Virus record (IMG/VR): IMGVR_UViG_3300022746_000016
Coordinates: 102,548 to 166,547 of that record
DNA: 64,000 nt
Direction: 5' to 3' (one strand)
DNA from: a virus
Lineage: Duplodnaviria > Caudoviricetes
Position numbers and translations under genes: made by a program. Each line of letters opens with the position of its first letter. Within the stretch, counting starts at the first letter, position 1. The notes under the pieces are model-generated. The model had not been told where the DNA came from, did no database searches, and was given only the letters and a program-made list of their open reading frames with translations. This document shows, one piece after another, positions 18,342 through 26,593 of this stretch.

Positions 18342-18898
18342 GTACGATTACGTCTCCAGTAGAAGTCGAAAGCATTATAATTTGTTTTTATGATCATATC
18401 ATAAACTGCCATTCTATCTAAATATGCGTCTTTCATCACTGTCGCTGTGGTTGCTGGTTGGATGCCGACTGTAGCATCGGACTCACCATACTCACTAACG
18501 ATCGTCATCTCATTCTTGCTGGCGATATGACGCATGGCTTTGTTCTCAGTCAAGCAGTGCATAAACACTTCCTTGATGCCTTGAGTGCGTAACCAAGTTA
18601 CTGCACGATCGAACATCTCTTGAGCTAATCCATTACCACGATATTGTTTATCTACAGAACAACCAAGTTCGGCATCAGAATCTTTAACTGCTGCGTGACA
18701 AGCAGCAATAATATTACCATCAACATCTTCACAACCAAACCACTTTGACTCGTCATTGAATGAAGAGTGGATGTAGTTCTCTATAAAGTTATCAGAAACC
18801 ATCGCACCAAAACGTAGGCGACGATCTTCTCCCTGTAGCGATGTTAAATGCGCAACAAGTTTGTCTTGATCTATTTGAGTTAATTTTCTTGGAATCAT
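18338..18898 (-). CDS. GNAT acetyltransferase
   Basis: DRRLRF, AELGCSVDKQYRGNGLA, CLTENKAMRHIA. Confidence 0.85.
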   Translation of the reverse strand: MIPRKLTQIDQDKLVAHLTSLQGEDRRLRFGAMVSDNFIENYIHSSFNDESKWFGCEDVDGNIIAACHAAVKDSDAELGCSVDKQYRGNGLAQEMFDRAVTWLRTQGIKEVFMHCLTENKAMRHIASKNEMTIVSEYGESDATVGIQPATTATVMKDAYLDRMAVYDMIIKTNYNAFDFYWRRNRT

Positions 18899-18906
18899 AA
18901 TTGATG

Positions 18907-18926
18907 ATGGGGACTTGCGTCCCCAT
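18907..18926 (-). terminator. GNRA-loop hairpin (weak terminator or RNA-stabilising stem)
   Basis: ATGGGGAC-GCAA-GTCCCCAT with no long U-tract. Confidence 0.55.
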
Positions 18927-18930
18927 TCTT

Positions 18931-19089
18931 TTAAGCCATTTTGTTTCTTAACGCTCTCGCATAATACTGTCGTTCGAGTTGTTCGACATGCATTGGTGTC
19001 TGAGGGTCATGAGCTAAAATGTATTCTTCTAAAGTTTGGGATCTATCACGGAACACATAAACAAAGAATTGTTTTAGTGCTTGTAACAT
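18931..19089 (-). CDS. Small hypothetical protein (52 aa)
   Basis: Manual translation MLQALKQFF...EEYILAHDPQTPMHVEQLERQYYARALRNKMA*; TAATG-coupled to hsp20. Confidence 0.65.
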   Translation of the reverse strand: MLQALKQFFVYVFRDRSQTLEEYILAHDPQTPMHVEQLERQYYARALRNKMA

Positions 19090-19577
19090 TATTCACCTTC
19101 GTTTAGAAGTTGCTTGCCTTTACCAGCCTTAACTGGAACCTTCTTAGCTTTTTGCTCTTCTGGTACCAATTTGTCCAAAGCGATCTTCAAGATGCCATTG
19201 AACAACTCAGCGTCCTTAACTTCATAAGAATCACCGATAGCCCATGCACGAGTGAACGCACGGTTGGCGATACCTTTGAACAAATAGTCAGCAGTCTCAT
19301 CTACATCAGTAGACTGAGTATTGCCTTTAACGATTAGCTTACCACCGTCGATTGTTACGTCGATTTCGTTTGTGGCGAAACCAGCTACAGCAATCTCGAT
19401 TGTGTAAGTGTTACCGTCTTTACGGACATTGAATGGTGGGTAGTTTGGGATGTCTTTAGTCAAGTCATCATGCAATGCTTGCATGCGTTTGAATTGGTCA
19501 TCGAAACCGACAAACACTTTGTCGAAGTCTTTGAAAAGGTCTTGGCTAAAGAATGCAGGTACGAATGATTTCGTCAT
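19089..19577 (-). CDS. hsp20: Small heat-shock protein (Hsp20/IbpA-like)
   Basis: NYPPFNV, IEIAVAGF, YLFKGIANRAFTR, NGILKIAL; start MTKS behind AGGAG. Confidence 0.93.
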   Translation of the reverse strand: MTKSFVPAFFSQDLFKDFDKVFVGFDDQFKRMQALHDDLTKDIPNYPPFNVRKDGNTYTIEIAVAGFATNEIDVTIDGGKLIVKGNTQSTDVDETADYLFKGIANRAFTRAWAIGDSYEVKDAELFNGILKIALDKLVPEEQKAKKVPVKAGKGKQLLNEGE

Positions 19578-19729
19578 TTGAGTTTCTCCTATTAAGCGAG
19601 TAAGTGATAAAAATTGTCTCCTCGAAAGCAAGACAGTGCTGGTTACTTTATCCAGCGGCAATTAACGAATGCCAGTGAAATCTCTCGGACGCCTATACCG
19701 TAGACGACAACAGCCCTAAGGTGGGTTCT
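19578..19729 (-). ncRNA. Structured 5' leader of hsp20 with ROSE-like thermometer hairpins
   Basis: Several stems; UCGCU...AGGAG pairs over the SD, and a second UUGCU-UUCG-AGGA hairpin lies just upstream. Confidence 0.55.
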
Positions 19730-19909
19730 TTACGCTGCTGTTTGGGCAGCTTTTGCAGCAGCTTGTGCTTCTGCTTCTAATGCTTGTGCTTGTGGGTCGC
19801 CCTGTTCTTTAATCTTACCGATCAAAGCTACAACCTCATCGAATGGGTGTTTACCAAGTGTACGAAGAATAGTATTTACTTCTGCAATAGTCAATTCAAG
19901 TTTAATCAT
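19730..19909 (-). CDS. Small hypothetical protein (59 aa)
   Basis: Manual translation MIKLELTIAEVNTILRTLGKHPFDEVVALIGKIKEQGDPQ...AAQTAA*. Confidence 0.7.
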   Translation of the reverse strand: MIKLELTIAEVNTILRTLGKHPFDEVVALIGKIKEQGDPQAQALEAEAQAAAKAAQTAA

Positions 19910-19948
19910 TTTGTTTTCTTTCCTATGTTATAGTGAAATTCCCAATGT

Positions 19949-20016
19949 TATAAATATTGGTATGGGTCACGAGATTGCCGTCTCTACCCATTCTAGATCT
20001 ACTTAGGAGAACCAGC
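19949..20016 (+). promoter_or_regulatory. Late promoter TATAAATA plus hairpin leader of the endonuclease
   Basis: TATAAATA at 19949-19956; ATGGGT...GAGA-ttgccg-TCTC-T-ACCCAT stem; AGGAG SD before the ATG at 20017. Confidence 0.65.
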
Positions 20017-20580
20017 ATGAGTATTTATTCAATCTATACCGCTACCAACAAAATAACAAAGAAAGTTTATGTTGGTTTCGCAACCAACTTCCATCAAAGA
20101 GTACTTCGTCATAAAGCACTCTATCCAAATTCCCCAAAGAAACTATACACAGCTATACGAAAATATGGCTGGGGTGCTTTTCTATGGGAAGAGATTTATG
20201 TTTCTACCGATAAAGAGCACTGTCTTAATGCAATGGAGCAGTTCTTTATAGAGGAATTTGATTCCATCAATTCTGGCTATAATACCACGAAAGGTGGAGC
20301 AGGAGTCCTTGGTGTTAATACCGAAACTGTTTGGATAAATGACGGTAAAAATCACAAAAGAGTTAAATTCAACTCACCGATACCAGAAGGATGGGTTCTT
20401 GGTAGAACCAAAATTTCTCGTAAAGTTAAAATGTCTAATGAATCAAAACAAACTATTAGTCATAAAAACAAAGAGCATGGCGTTTTTGCTAAACTGAATT
20501 GTCAAAAATCTCCATGCCCCCATTGCGGTATCTTTATGAATCTAGGTAATTTAACTAGACACATAAAGGCGAAGCACTAA
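20017..20580 (+). mobile_element. Free-standing GIY-YIG homing endonuclease (antisense, abuts the regA stop)
   Basis: SIY...VYVG...R...E...GYN core; WINDG...IPEGWVLGR motif; C-terminal CPHC...RHIKAKH. Confidence 0.85.
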
Positions 20581-21000
20581 TCACTTAGCTTTCTTACCGA
20601 TATTGTACTTGGGTACTAATTCCCACTGGTCTTTTTCTTTATAAGAGACCACCTTAATTTGAGATAGCGAAGCCTTTTGATCAGCTTGCGTAGTATTTAG
20701 GATCTTTAACAGATCCCAGTCCTGTAACAAACTAGCAATTGCGTTACGTCTCTCGATATCACCTGCAGTGATATTCGATTCTTTACCATCGAGCGCAAAC
20801 AATTCCTTGAAGTGCACGATGAAGTACCGACCTTGCTTATGTAAGATATGGCAAGATTGGTATAGCTTTTGTTCTTTTCTTGAGGCAATCCCGATACGGG
20901 TTAGAGTTTCACGAACCTTCAGAAATGCATCTGGTTCAGGCAACGTCACCTCGAGCATGGACTCAGGAGTCCAGTCGTAATAAATCACTTCAACAGTCAT
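20581..21000 (-). CDS. regA: Translational repressor RegA
   Basis: FLKVRETLTRIGIAS, LYQSCHILHKQGRYFIVHFKELF, PKYNIG. Confidence 0.97.
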   Translation of the reverse strand: MTVEVIYYDWTPESMLEVTLPEPDAFLKVRETLTRIGIASRKEQKLYQSCHILHKQGRYFIVHFKELFALDGKESNITAGDIERRNAIASLLQDWDLLKILNTTQADQKASLSQIKVVSYKEKDQWELVPKYNIGKKAK

Positions 21001-21386
21001 GATTTTCCACCTTTGTATAATTTTTCTTTTATCATAATCAAGTGTTCATCGGAAAGGACACTCAGTGCCTCTTTCGCCTTTTCGCTTGAATACCCATAGT
21101 ACTCTTTTACGAGTTCTAAAGAAGCAGACTCAGCGTCGGCTTTTGCCCATTTACTGAAACGACGCTTCTTCGAAATAGTATTTAGGAAAAAAGAAAATTG
21201 CCAGTCAGGTGGGCATTGGTGATGTTGGTTCATCGAGTTTGCCTGCATAACTGTATCGGGGAAATATCCCAAGGCTCGGTTCACAATAAACTTCACCTTG
21301 TTATAGTCTTTAACTGCTTCTGGATCTCCTGCTAGTAAATCAACTTTGGTTTCGTTGATGGCTTTCACATAGTCGAATGGGCTCAT
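20997..21386 (-). CDS. gp62: Clamp loader small subunit
   Basis: IVNRAL, KRRFSKW, VKEYYGYS; position before regA. Confidence 0.92.
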   Translation of the reverse strand: MSPFDYVKAINETKVDLLAGDPEAVKDYNKVKFIVNRALGYFPDTVMQANSMNQHHQCPPDWQFSFFLNTISKKRRFSKWAKADAESASLELVKEYYGYSSEKAKEALSVLSDEHLIMIKEKLYKGGKS

Positions 21387-21706
21387 TTAGCAAACCCAAC
21401 TTCCTTCAGATTCTCTGGAGTAGCAGCGAATCTTGTATCTGGAAAACGAGATGCCAGAGAGTCTTCTAACTCTTTACGAGTTGGAGCCTGAGCCATAAAC
21501 TCATCGGTCTCTTTATTGAAGACATAGTATTGACCACTATGTTGTTCGATCTTGATATTGATTAGCTCGTCCTCGATTTCTCCAAGGTCTTGGTCGAGTT
21601 GTTTCATTATGTAATCAACTCGACGCTTGGCTAACTCCTCGCGGAGAACCCAACCCAGAATAAAGCCTAATGCGAAAACGCCAAAGATAGACAAAAAATC
21701 TTCCAT
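21383..21706 (-). CDS. Hypothetical protein with N-terminal transmembrane helix
   Basis: FLSIFGVFALGFILGWVL; inserted between gp44 and gp62. Confidence 0.7.
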   Translation of the reverse strand: MEDFLSIFGVFALGFILGWVLREELAKRRVDYIMKQLDQDLGEIEDELINIKIEQHSGQYYVFNKETDEFMAQAPTRKELEDSLASRFPDTRFAATPENLKEVGFAK

Positions 21707-21713
21707 ATCAACC

Positions 21714-22667
21714 TCACTTGAATTTACATTGCATCATAATCTCAGTCAGCGCAGCCATAATGTTCAACTCATGGTCAGCGACGAATGCAGCTTTGTATTG
21801 ATAGTCAGCTAGGATCAAAACCAATGAAGGAATTGAACCAGCTTCCATCGTCGAAGCAGAAGTATCGTACAATTCGCGGAACAATGAAACTGTATCAGCA
21901 TCTGAGTTCTTAGCAACCCACTTACGGACGTTGGCGTAGTCTTTCTCTTTGAGATTCTTTACCAAGTCTTTATAGGATTCTTCGTTGAGGTTCAGGAGAA
22001 TGCCTGAATCAATCTTACCAGAAACAGAGTAACGTTGAAGTTCATTCAACATACGACGATAATCTGGAAAGTATTTAGTGACCAATTCAGCCACTACCTT
22101 TGGATCGAATTCAACACCCTCTTGTTTCAGAATCTGAGTAGCACGTTTAAAGAATGTACCAGCCAGTTGCTGTTTGTCTTTGTTGTCGATTTTAAAGTCG
22201 ATAACTGCACAACGAGAGTGGAGAGGTTCGATAATCTTGTTCTTGTAGTTACAAGTAAAGATGAAGCGACAGTTGTTACTGTATTCTTCAATGAACGAAC
22301 GTAGCGCAGGTTGAACCGACTGAGCATTCATATAATCAGCTTCGTCGATAATGATAATCTTCTTAGCGTCTGTCAATGAAACAGTCGTAGCAAAACCTTT
22401 GATAGTGGTACGAAGAACGTCGATTGAACGACCTTCCTCGGATCCGTTTACCATAATATACTCAGCACCGATCTCGTTACAGAGAGCCTTTGCTACAGTA
22501 GTCTTACCTACACCAGCAGTACCAGAGAATAAAAAAGTGGGTAGCTCGCCCTGAGCAATGTACTCTTTAAACGTCTTCTTAAGTGCATCTGGCAGGACAC
22601 ACTCATCGATCGTTTGTGGACGGTATTTCTCTACCCACAGAAACTGTTCTTCACGGGAGTCAATCAT
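21714..22667 (-). CDS. gp44: Clamp loader AAA+ subunit
   Basis: WVEKYRP, GTAGVGKTT, IDEAD, SRC. Confidence 0.97.
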   Translation of the reverse strand: MIDSREEQFLWVEKYRPQTIDECVLPDALKKTFKEYIAQGELPTFLFSGTAGVGKTTVAKALCNEIGAEYIMVNGSEEGRSIDVLRTTIKGFATTVSLTDAKKIIIIDEADYMNAQSVQPALRSFIEEYSNNCRFIFTCNYKNKIIEPLHSRCAVIDFKIDNKDKQQLAGTFFKRATQILKQEGVEFDPKVVAELVTKYFPDYRRMLNELQRYSVSGKIDSGILLNLNEESYKDLVKNLKEKDYANVRKWVAKNSDADTVSLFRELYDTSASTMEAGSIPSLVLILADYQYKAAFVADHELNIMAALTEIMMQCKFK

Positions 22668-22669
22668 AA

Positions 22670-22963
22670 TCAATCTTTCATAAACAAAAATAATGGCACA
22701 GAGTTATCGTCATCTGGTTTGAAATTTATCTTACCATTAGTCAATTCCCAAGCCTCAATACACATATTACGTAGTTGGTATTTGTGTCTGCTCTTAGAAG
22801 CACTTTCAGCAAAAAACAATCGCGGGTCTTCATACTTTTTATGATGCTTACACCACTTCATTTTAACCTGACGATTACCCCACAAGTCAGTAGTGTAGAT
22901 CTCATCTTTAGGTAAAACTTTTCTGTCGACCCGAGCAATATGATTCTTACGTTTATTCATCAC
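22670..22963 (-). CDS. Hypothetical basic protein
   Basis: 97-aa ORF with a GGAG RBS between gp45 and gp44. Confidence 0.6.
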   Translation of the reverse strand: MMNKRKNHIARVDRKVLPKDEIYTTDLWGNRQVKMKWCKHHKKYEDPRLFFAESASKSRHKYQLRNMCIEAWELTNGKINFKPDDDNSVPLFLFMKD

Positions 22964-22978
22964 AACTCCATAACAAAT

Positions 22979-22998
22979 AAGAGGGATTACTCCCTCTT
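22979..22998 (-). terminator. Hairpin after gp45
   Basis: AAGAGGGA-GTAA-TCCCTCTT. Confidence 0.6.
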
Positions 22999-23001
22999 CA
23001 A

Positions 23002-23658
23002 TCAGAACTCAAATGTAGAGTCAGCTTCAACCGCAACGTAATAGACCAAGTCGCCGTTACCCTTAAAGCGAGAGATCTTCTTGCTTGAGATGCTAACAGT
23101 GTAGTCACCTGGAATCATCTTCAGGTTTTCTACTTTCAAGTTCACTTTGAAAGTCTTGTCAGTTGTACCGACTGGCTCGCTGAAAGAGTTACCAGTGGCA
23201 TTCTTCTTGTCACCAACAACTGCAGTAATTGTTGAACCATCACCGACGATAGAAACGTCAGATGCACGAAGGACAGACGCAGTGCGATGAATCATATTCA
23301 ACATCGCAGCAGTAACTGTGAACTCAATCTCAGCTTCTGGGAATGTGATAGACTTTTGTGGAGCAGTCAATACGCTTGCGTCTGCAGCGAAATACTTGAT
23401 GCTCATATTACCTTGTTTGATGGTAACATACTTCTCGCTAAAGTCCAACTCTGGATCTTCGAACAGAGACATCGCACCCAAGAACTCATTCAAGTCATAG
23501 ATGCCGAAGTCTGGGAAAGTCTCAGACACAGTGGCGTCAGCCATTACGTTCTTCTGTGCAGAGATGGTAGCCAACTTGTTACCTGACTTCAAAAGCAAAT
23601 TGCTATTGATGCTAGCAAAGTTTTTAATCAGGGCAGTTGTTTCTTTAGATAATTTCAT
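23002..23658 (-). CDS. gp45: Sliding clamp
   Basis: MKLSKET...KNFASIN...FGIYDLNEFL...YYVAVEADS. Confidence 0.96.
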   Translation of the reverse strand: MKLSKETTALIKNFASINSNLLLKSGNKLATISAQKNVMADATVSETFPDFGIYDLNEFLGAMSLFEDPELDFSEKYVTIKQGNMSIKYFAADASVLTAPQKSITFPEAEIEFTVTAAMLNMIHRTASVLRASDVSIVGDGSTITAVVGDKKNATGNSFSEPVGTTDKTFKVNLKVENLKMIPGDYTVSISSKKISRFKGNGDLVYYVAVEADSTFEF

Positions 23659-23693
23659 ATTTTCTCCAAGTGATAATATACTATGTATAAAAG

Positions 23694-23722
23694 ATTATAC
23701 GTCAAGAGGCTCATTTAGCCAA
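23694..23722 (-). promoter_or_regulatory. Sigma70-like promoter for gp45
   Basis: TTGGCT-17-TATAAT. Confidence 0.6.
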
Positions 23723-23724
23723 AT

Positions 23725-24105
23725 TTATTTTGTTTTTTTGTACTCATTGAACTCAGCAACAAGACGCTCGTGTTCTTGATGTGAGCAGTACAGAGTCCAT
23801 TCACGAACAACATCTTTGTATGTGACATTGTCTTCGATAGTTGTTACAGGCTCTGCCATCATATAACCGATAATTGTTTTATGATTCTGAGTACCATCCA
23901 TACATTTGTTGCGCTCGATAGAAAATGCATTCATTGTAGCCCAGTCAAGAGAATAACTAGCAGATGCATACTCACCTTCAAGACGACTCTCGTATGCAGC
24001 TAACTTATTTTCGAGCAGATTAATCTTCTGCTGAAGCGCAACATTTTCAGTAGCCAGTTTATAGGACTGGTCATCCTCTTTCTTTTCCCAAGACCACAGA
24101 CTCAT
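23725..24105 (-). CDS. Hypothetical protein (N-terminal coiled coil)
   Basis: 126-aa ORF in the operon. Confidence 0.65.
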   Translation of the reverse strand: MSLWSWEKKEDDQSYKLATENVALQQKINLLENKLAAYESRLEGEYASASYSLDWATMNAFSIERNKCMDGTQNHKTIIGYMMAEPVTTIEDNVTYKDVVREWTLYCSHQEHERLVAEFNEYKKTK

Positions 24106-24106
24106 A

Positions 24107-24439
24107 TTATTCCTTTGAGTATTTTACATCGTGTTCGTACAAAAACATCAAGCAACACATTGCGTGTGCTAAGTGGTGGATACCTGATTCGGGATCCATC
24201 TGTTCTCCACTTTTGTATGCCCAGAGATGACGCTGCATCGCATCAAAATAACGACGCTTAGAATCTGGAACTTGCTTCCAATTATCTGGTTCATACTTCT
24301 CGGCTCCGAACGTGAGAACCTTTACAGTCTCAGCCAAAGCGAGTGGAGGTAGTAAACCATATTGAAGTTTACCACCATCAAATTTGCGACCACCAGTTGT
24401 AGCTAACTGGGATGCTTTAACTTCGTCGATAGTTGCCAT
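24107..24439 (-). CDS. DUF5664 / dATP-dGTP diphosphohydrolase N-terminal-like protein
   Basis: KFDGGK...FGAEKY..DNW...AMQRHL...DPESGIHHLAHA. Confidence 0.8.
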   Translation of the reverse strand: MATIDEVKASQLATTGGRKFDGGKLQYGLLPPLALAETVKVLTFGAEKYEPDNWKQVPDSKRRYFDAMQRHLWAYKSGEQMDPESGIHHLAHAMCCLMFLYEHDVKYSKE

Positions 24440-24453
24440 TGTCTCTCCAAGAG

Positions 24454-24473
24454 ATGGGGGACGAATCCCCCAT
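24454..24473 (-). terminator. UUCG-loop hairpin
   Basis: ATGGGGGA-TTCG-TCCCCCAT. Confidence 0.55.
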
Positions 24474-24478
24474 TTCGA

Positions 24479-24742
24479 TTAGCGTTGTGCTGTAAAAGCA
24501 GTAGCACCCAAGAGTGCATTAGCAGCAGCGATGATACGCTTGCTTGGCTTGCCAATGCGGTACTTAGTAGTTTCTGTACCGTCATGCAACTTAGCACGGT
24601 TGCTATAGATGCAATGACCTTGACTACGCAATTGGTGAATTGCATCGTGTGGATTCTTCAAACCAAATGAGCCAGAGATCTGCTTAGCAGTAACTTCGGC
24701 ACCAGTAGACAAGTAATTCAACAACTTAGCTTGTTTAGACAT
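24479..24742 (-). CDS. Winged-HTH DNA-binding protein
   Basis: Start MSKQAKLL; VTAKQISGSFGLKNPHDAIHQLRSQG, then KYRIG wing. Confidence 0.7.
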   Translation of the reverse strand: MSKQAKLLNYLSTGAEVTAKQISGSFGLKNPHDAIHQLRSQGHCIYSNRAKLHDGTETTKYRIGKPSKRIIAAANALLGATAFTAQR

Positions 24743-24771
24743 ATAATAAACTCCATAATAAACCATCAACG

Positions 24772-24807
24772 AAAAAAGCTGACAAGAGGATGGCATCTCT
24801 TGTCAGC
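24772..24807 (-). terminator. Rho-independent terminator
   Basis: GCTGACAAGAG-loop-CTCTTGTCAGC followed by TTTTTT. Confidence 0.8.
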
Positions 24808-24828
24808 GAACACTAAACTTATTTTTAA

Positions 24829-25317
24829 TTAGACTTCGATGCCATTCTCACGTAGGATCTGGTTGAAGTCTTCAGTCTCGTCATCGTAAGCCATAGACTC
24901 ATCGATAACTTTCTGTAGACGATTCAGGTCAGACTTAGTCTCTTTCTCCACAGCTTTTGCAGCTGGAGTGGACTTGACCTTGACGGTCTTAGCCTTAGCA
25001 AGTTTTGCAACTTTGGCTTTAGCCTTAGCGACAGGTGCAGCTTTATCTGCAACTTCCTTGTGGAATGCCTTCAACTCATCTGCAGTTGGGACTGGGAGTT
25101 GGTACACACCACGCTCAACTTTGTTTGCAGCGAACAACCAGTTAGGATAACCGATCTTCTCACCCTTGGAGCCAGTACGTTGGTCACGGAATTCGTAGTA
25201 GATTGCAGCACATTCCTTCAGAGTAATCTGAGGTGACTTCTTATACTGAGGTGCAGCTTCCAAAGTGGCTACAACGAAACGTTTCTGGGCGAGGGACAAA
25301 GCAGCGAATTTCAACAT
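24829..25317 (-). CDS. Early hypothetical protein with Lys/Ala-rich linker
   Basis: Start MLKF behind AAGGA; AKAKAKVAKLAKAK stretch. Confidence 0.75.
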   Translation of the reverse strand: MLKFAALSLAQKRFVVATLEAAPQYKKSPQITLKECAAIYYEFRDQRTGSKGEKIGYPNWLFAANKVERGVYQLPVPTADELKAFHKEVADKAAPVAKAKAKVAKLAKAKTVKVKSTPAAKAVEKETKSDLNRLQKVIDESMAYDDETEDFNQILRENGIEV

Positions 25318-25358
25318 AATAAATTTCCTTTTACAAAGAGTTTTCAAGATAAGACATT

Positions 25359-25408
25359 AGTATACTACAAAGGGGATTACAAGTCAACAAGTATTTGTAA
25401 TCCCCTAC
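25359..25408 (-). promoter_or_regulatory. Early sigma70-like promoter with CCCTAC half-site
   Basis: TTGACT-17-TATACT (25387-25359); CCCTAC at 25403-25408. Confidence 0.75.
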
Positions 25409-25411
25409 GGA

Positions 25412-26557
25412 TTAGAAGGGAATCTCGTCCGTTGGGTTTGTAGCTGTGGGTAGAACAGGGGCGACAACCTCTGGAGCAGGGGTTGCAACCTTGTCGTAGA
25501 GGTCGATAAAGGCTGTTTTAGTAGCCGAATCGAAACGATTACAACAGAGTTCTACCGCCTTCTCACGCTTCTTAAAGATAGCGTAAGCACGTACAATGTG
25601 GATCATACGACGAGTCGTAATTGTTTCATCCACACCACCATCGGCAAAGGTGCGACGGATAGCGTCAGCCCACTTCACCAATGTCTCTGCGAATTCCTGG
25701 TCTTCACAACCGTAGGAAACCATCAGATTCTCGATAATCTTCTGCTCGATCTTTGCAGAAGGATAATCCTGTTCGAACGTCACAGCGAATCGCTCTAAGA
25801 ATGCTTCGTTCAACACGTTGGTACCAATGTATCGACCATCGTCTGAGCCTTTACCCTTAGTGTTAGCAGTGGCGAACACGTTGAAACCTTCTTTGGGTAC
25901 GATCATCTCATTCTTCAGTTTGAAGTAGTATGGCTTACCTTCGAGGATGGGTTGTAAGCACAACAGAGTGTTAGCAGAACCAGCATCAATTTCGTCCAAC
26001 AAGAGAGTCGTACCATTGCGCATAGCAATGAGCACTGGACCTTCGACAATGTTCACGTTGCCGTCTTCCAGAGTTTTAGTACCGATGAGTTGTTCTTCGT
26101 CAGTCATCATGTTCAAGTTAACACGGATGAGAGGGCGTTTGTGTTTAGCACAAATTTGCTCGATCATCGTAGACTTACCGTTACCAGTTGGACCACTGAT
26201 GTAGGCAGGATAGAAGATTTTAGACTTGATGATGTTTTCCAAGTCAGTATAGTTGCCGAATGGCACGAAGTTTGCATCTTTTTTCGGGATGAGCGAGTCT
26301 GTATTTGTTAAGTCCACTTGGAATGATTCTTTCACGTCTTCAGTTTTCACTGCGACTGCAGCATTACCATCGATGGCGTACAAGCCACGACCAGCTTTAG
26401 TCTTCATAAGCCAGAGAGGGAACTTCTCTGTTTTTAGTTTAGCCATAACTTCCATTAGCTGGGGACGACTTACAACACCCTTCGTTTGCACGTCAGGATA
26501 CATTGCATGCATCTTAGCCTCAAAAGTCTCACGAAACGCCACATCGGTCTTCGCCAT
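25412..26557 (-). CDS. MoxR/CobS-like AAA+ ATPase
   Basis: GPTGNGKS, LLDEID, ATANTKGKG, NEAFLERF, TTRR. Confidence 0.9.
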   Translation of the reverse strand: MAKTDVAFRETFEAKMHAMYPDVQTKGVVSRPQLMEVMAKLKTEKFPLWLMKTKAGRGLYAIDGNAAVAVKTEDVKESFQVDLTNTDSLIPKKDANFVPFGNYTDLENIIKSKIFYPAYISGPTGNGKSTMIEQICAKHKRPLIRVNLNMMTDEEQLIGTKTLEDGNVNIVEGPVLIAMRNGTTLLLDEIDAGSANTLLCLQPILEGKPYYFKLKNEMIVPKEGFNVFATANTKGKGSDDGRYIGTNVLNEAFLERFAVTFEQDYPSAKIEQKIIENLMVSYGCEDQEFAETLVKWADAIRRTFADGGVDETITTRRMIHIVRAYAIFKKREKAVELCCNRFDSATKTAFIDLYDKVATPAPEVVAPVLPTATNPTDEIPF

Positions 26558-26593
26558 CAAATTCTCCATAATAAACAACCAATCAATAACCTA

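Noticed and set aside
7842-20580. Endonucleases as group I intron ORFs
   Set aside because: They are antisense, the host genes are complete without splicing, and the flanks are too short for a ribozyme core.
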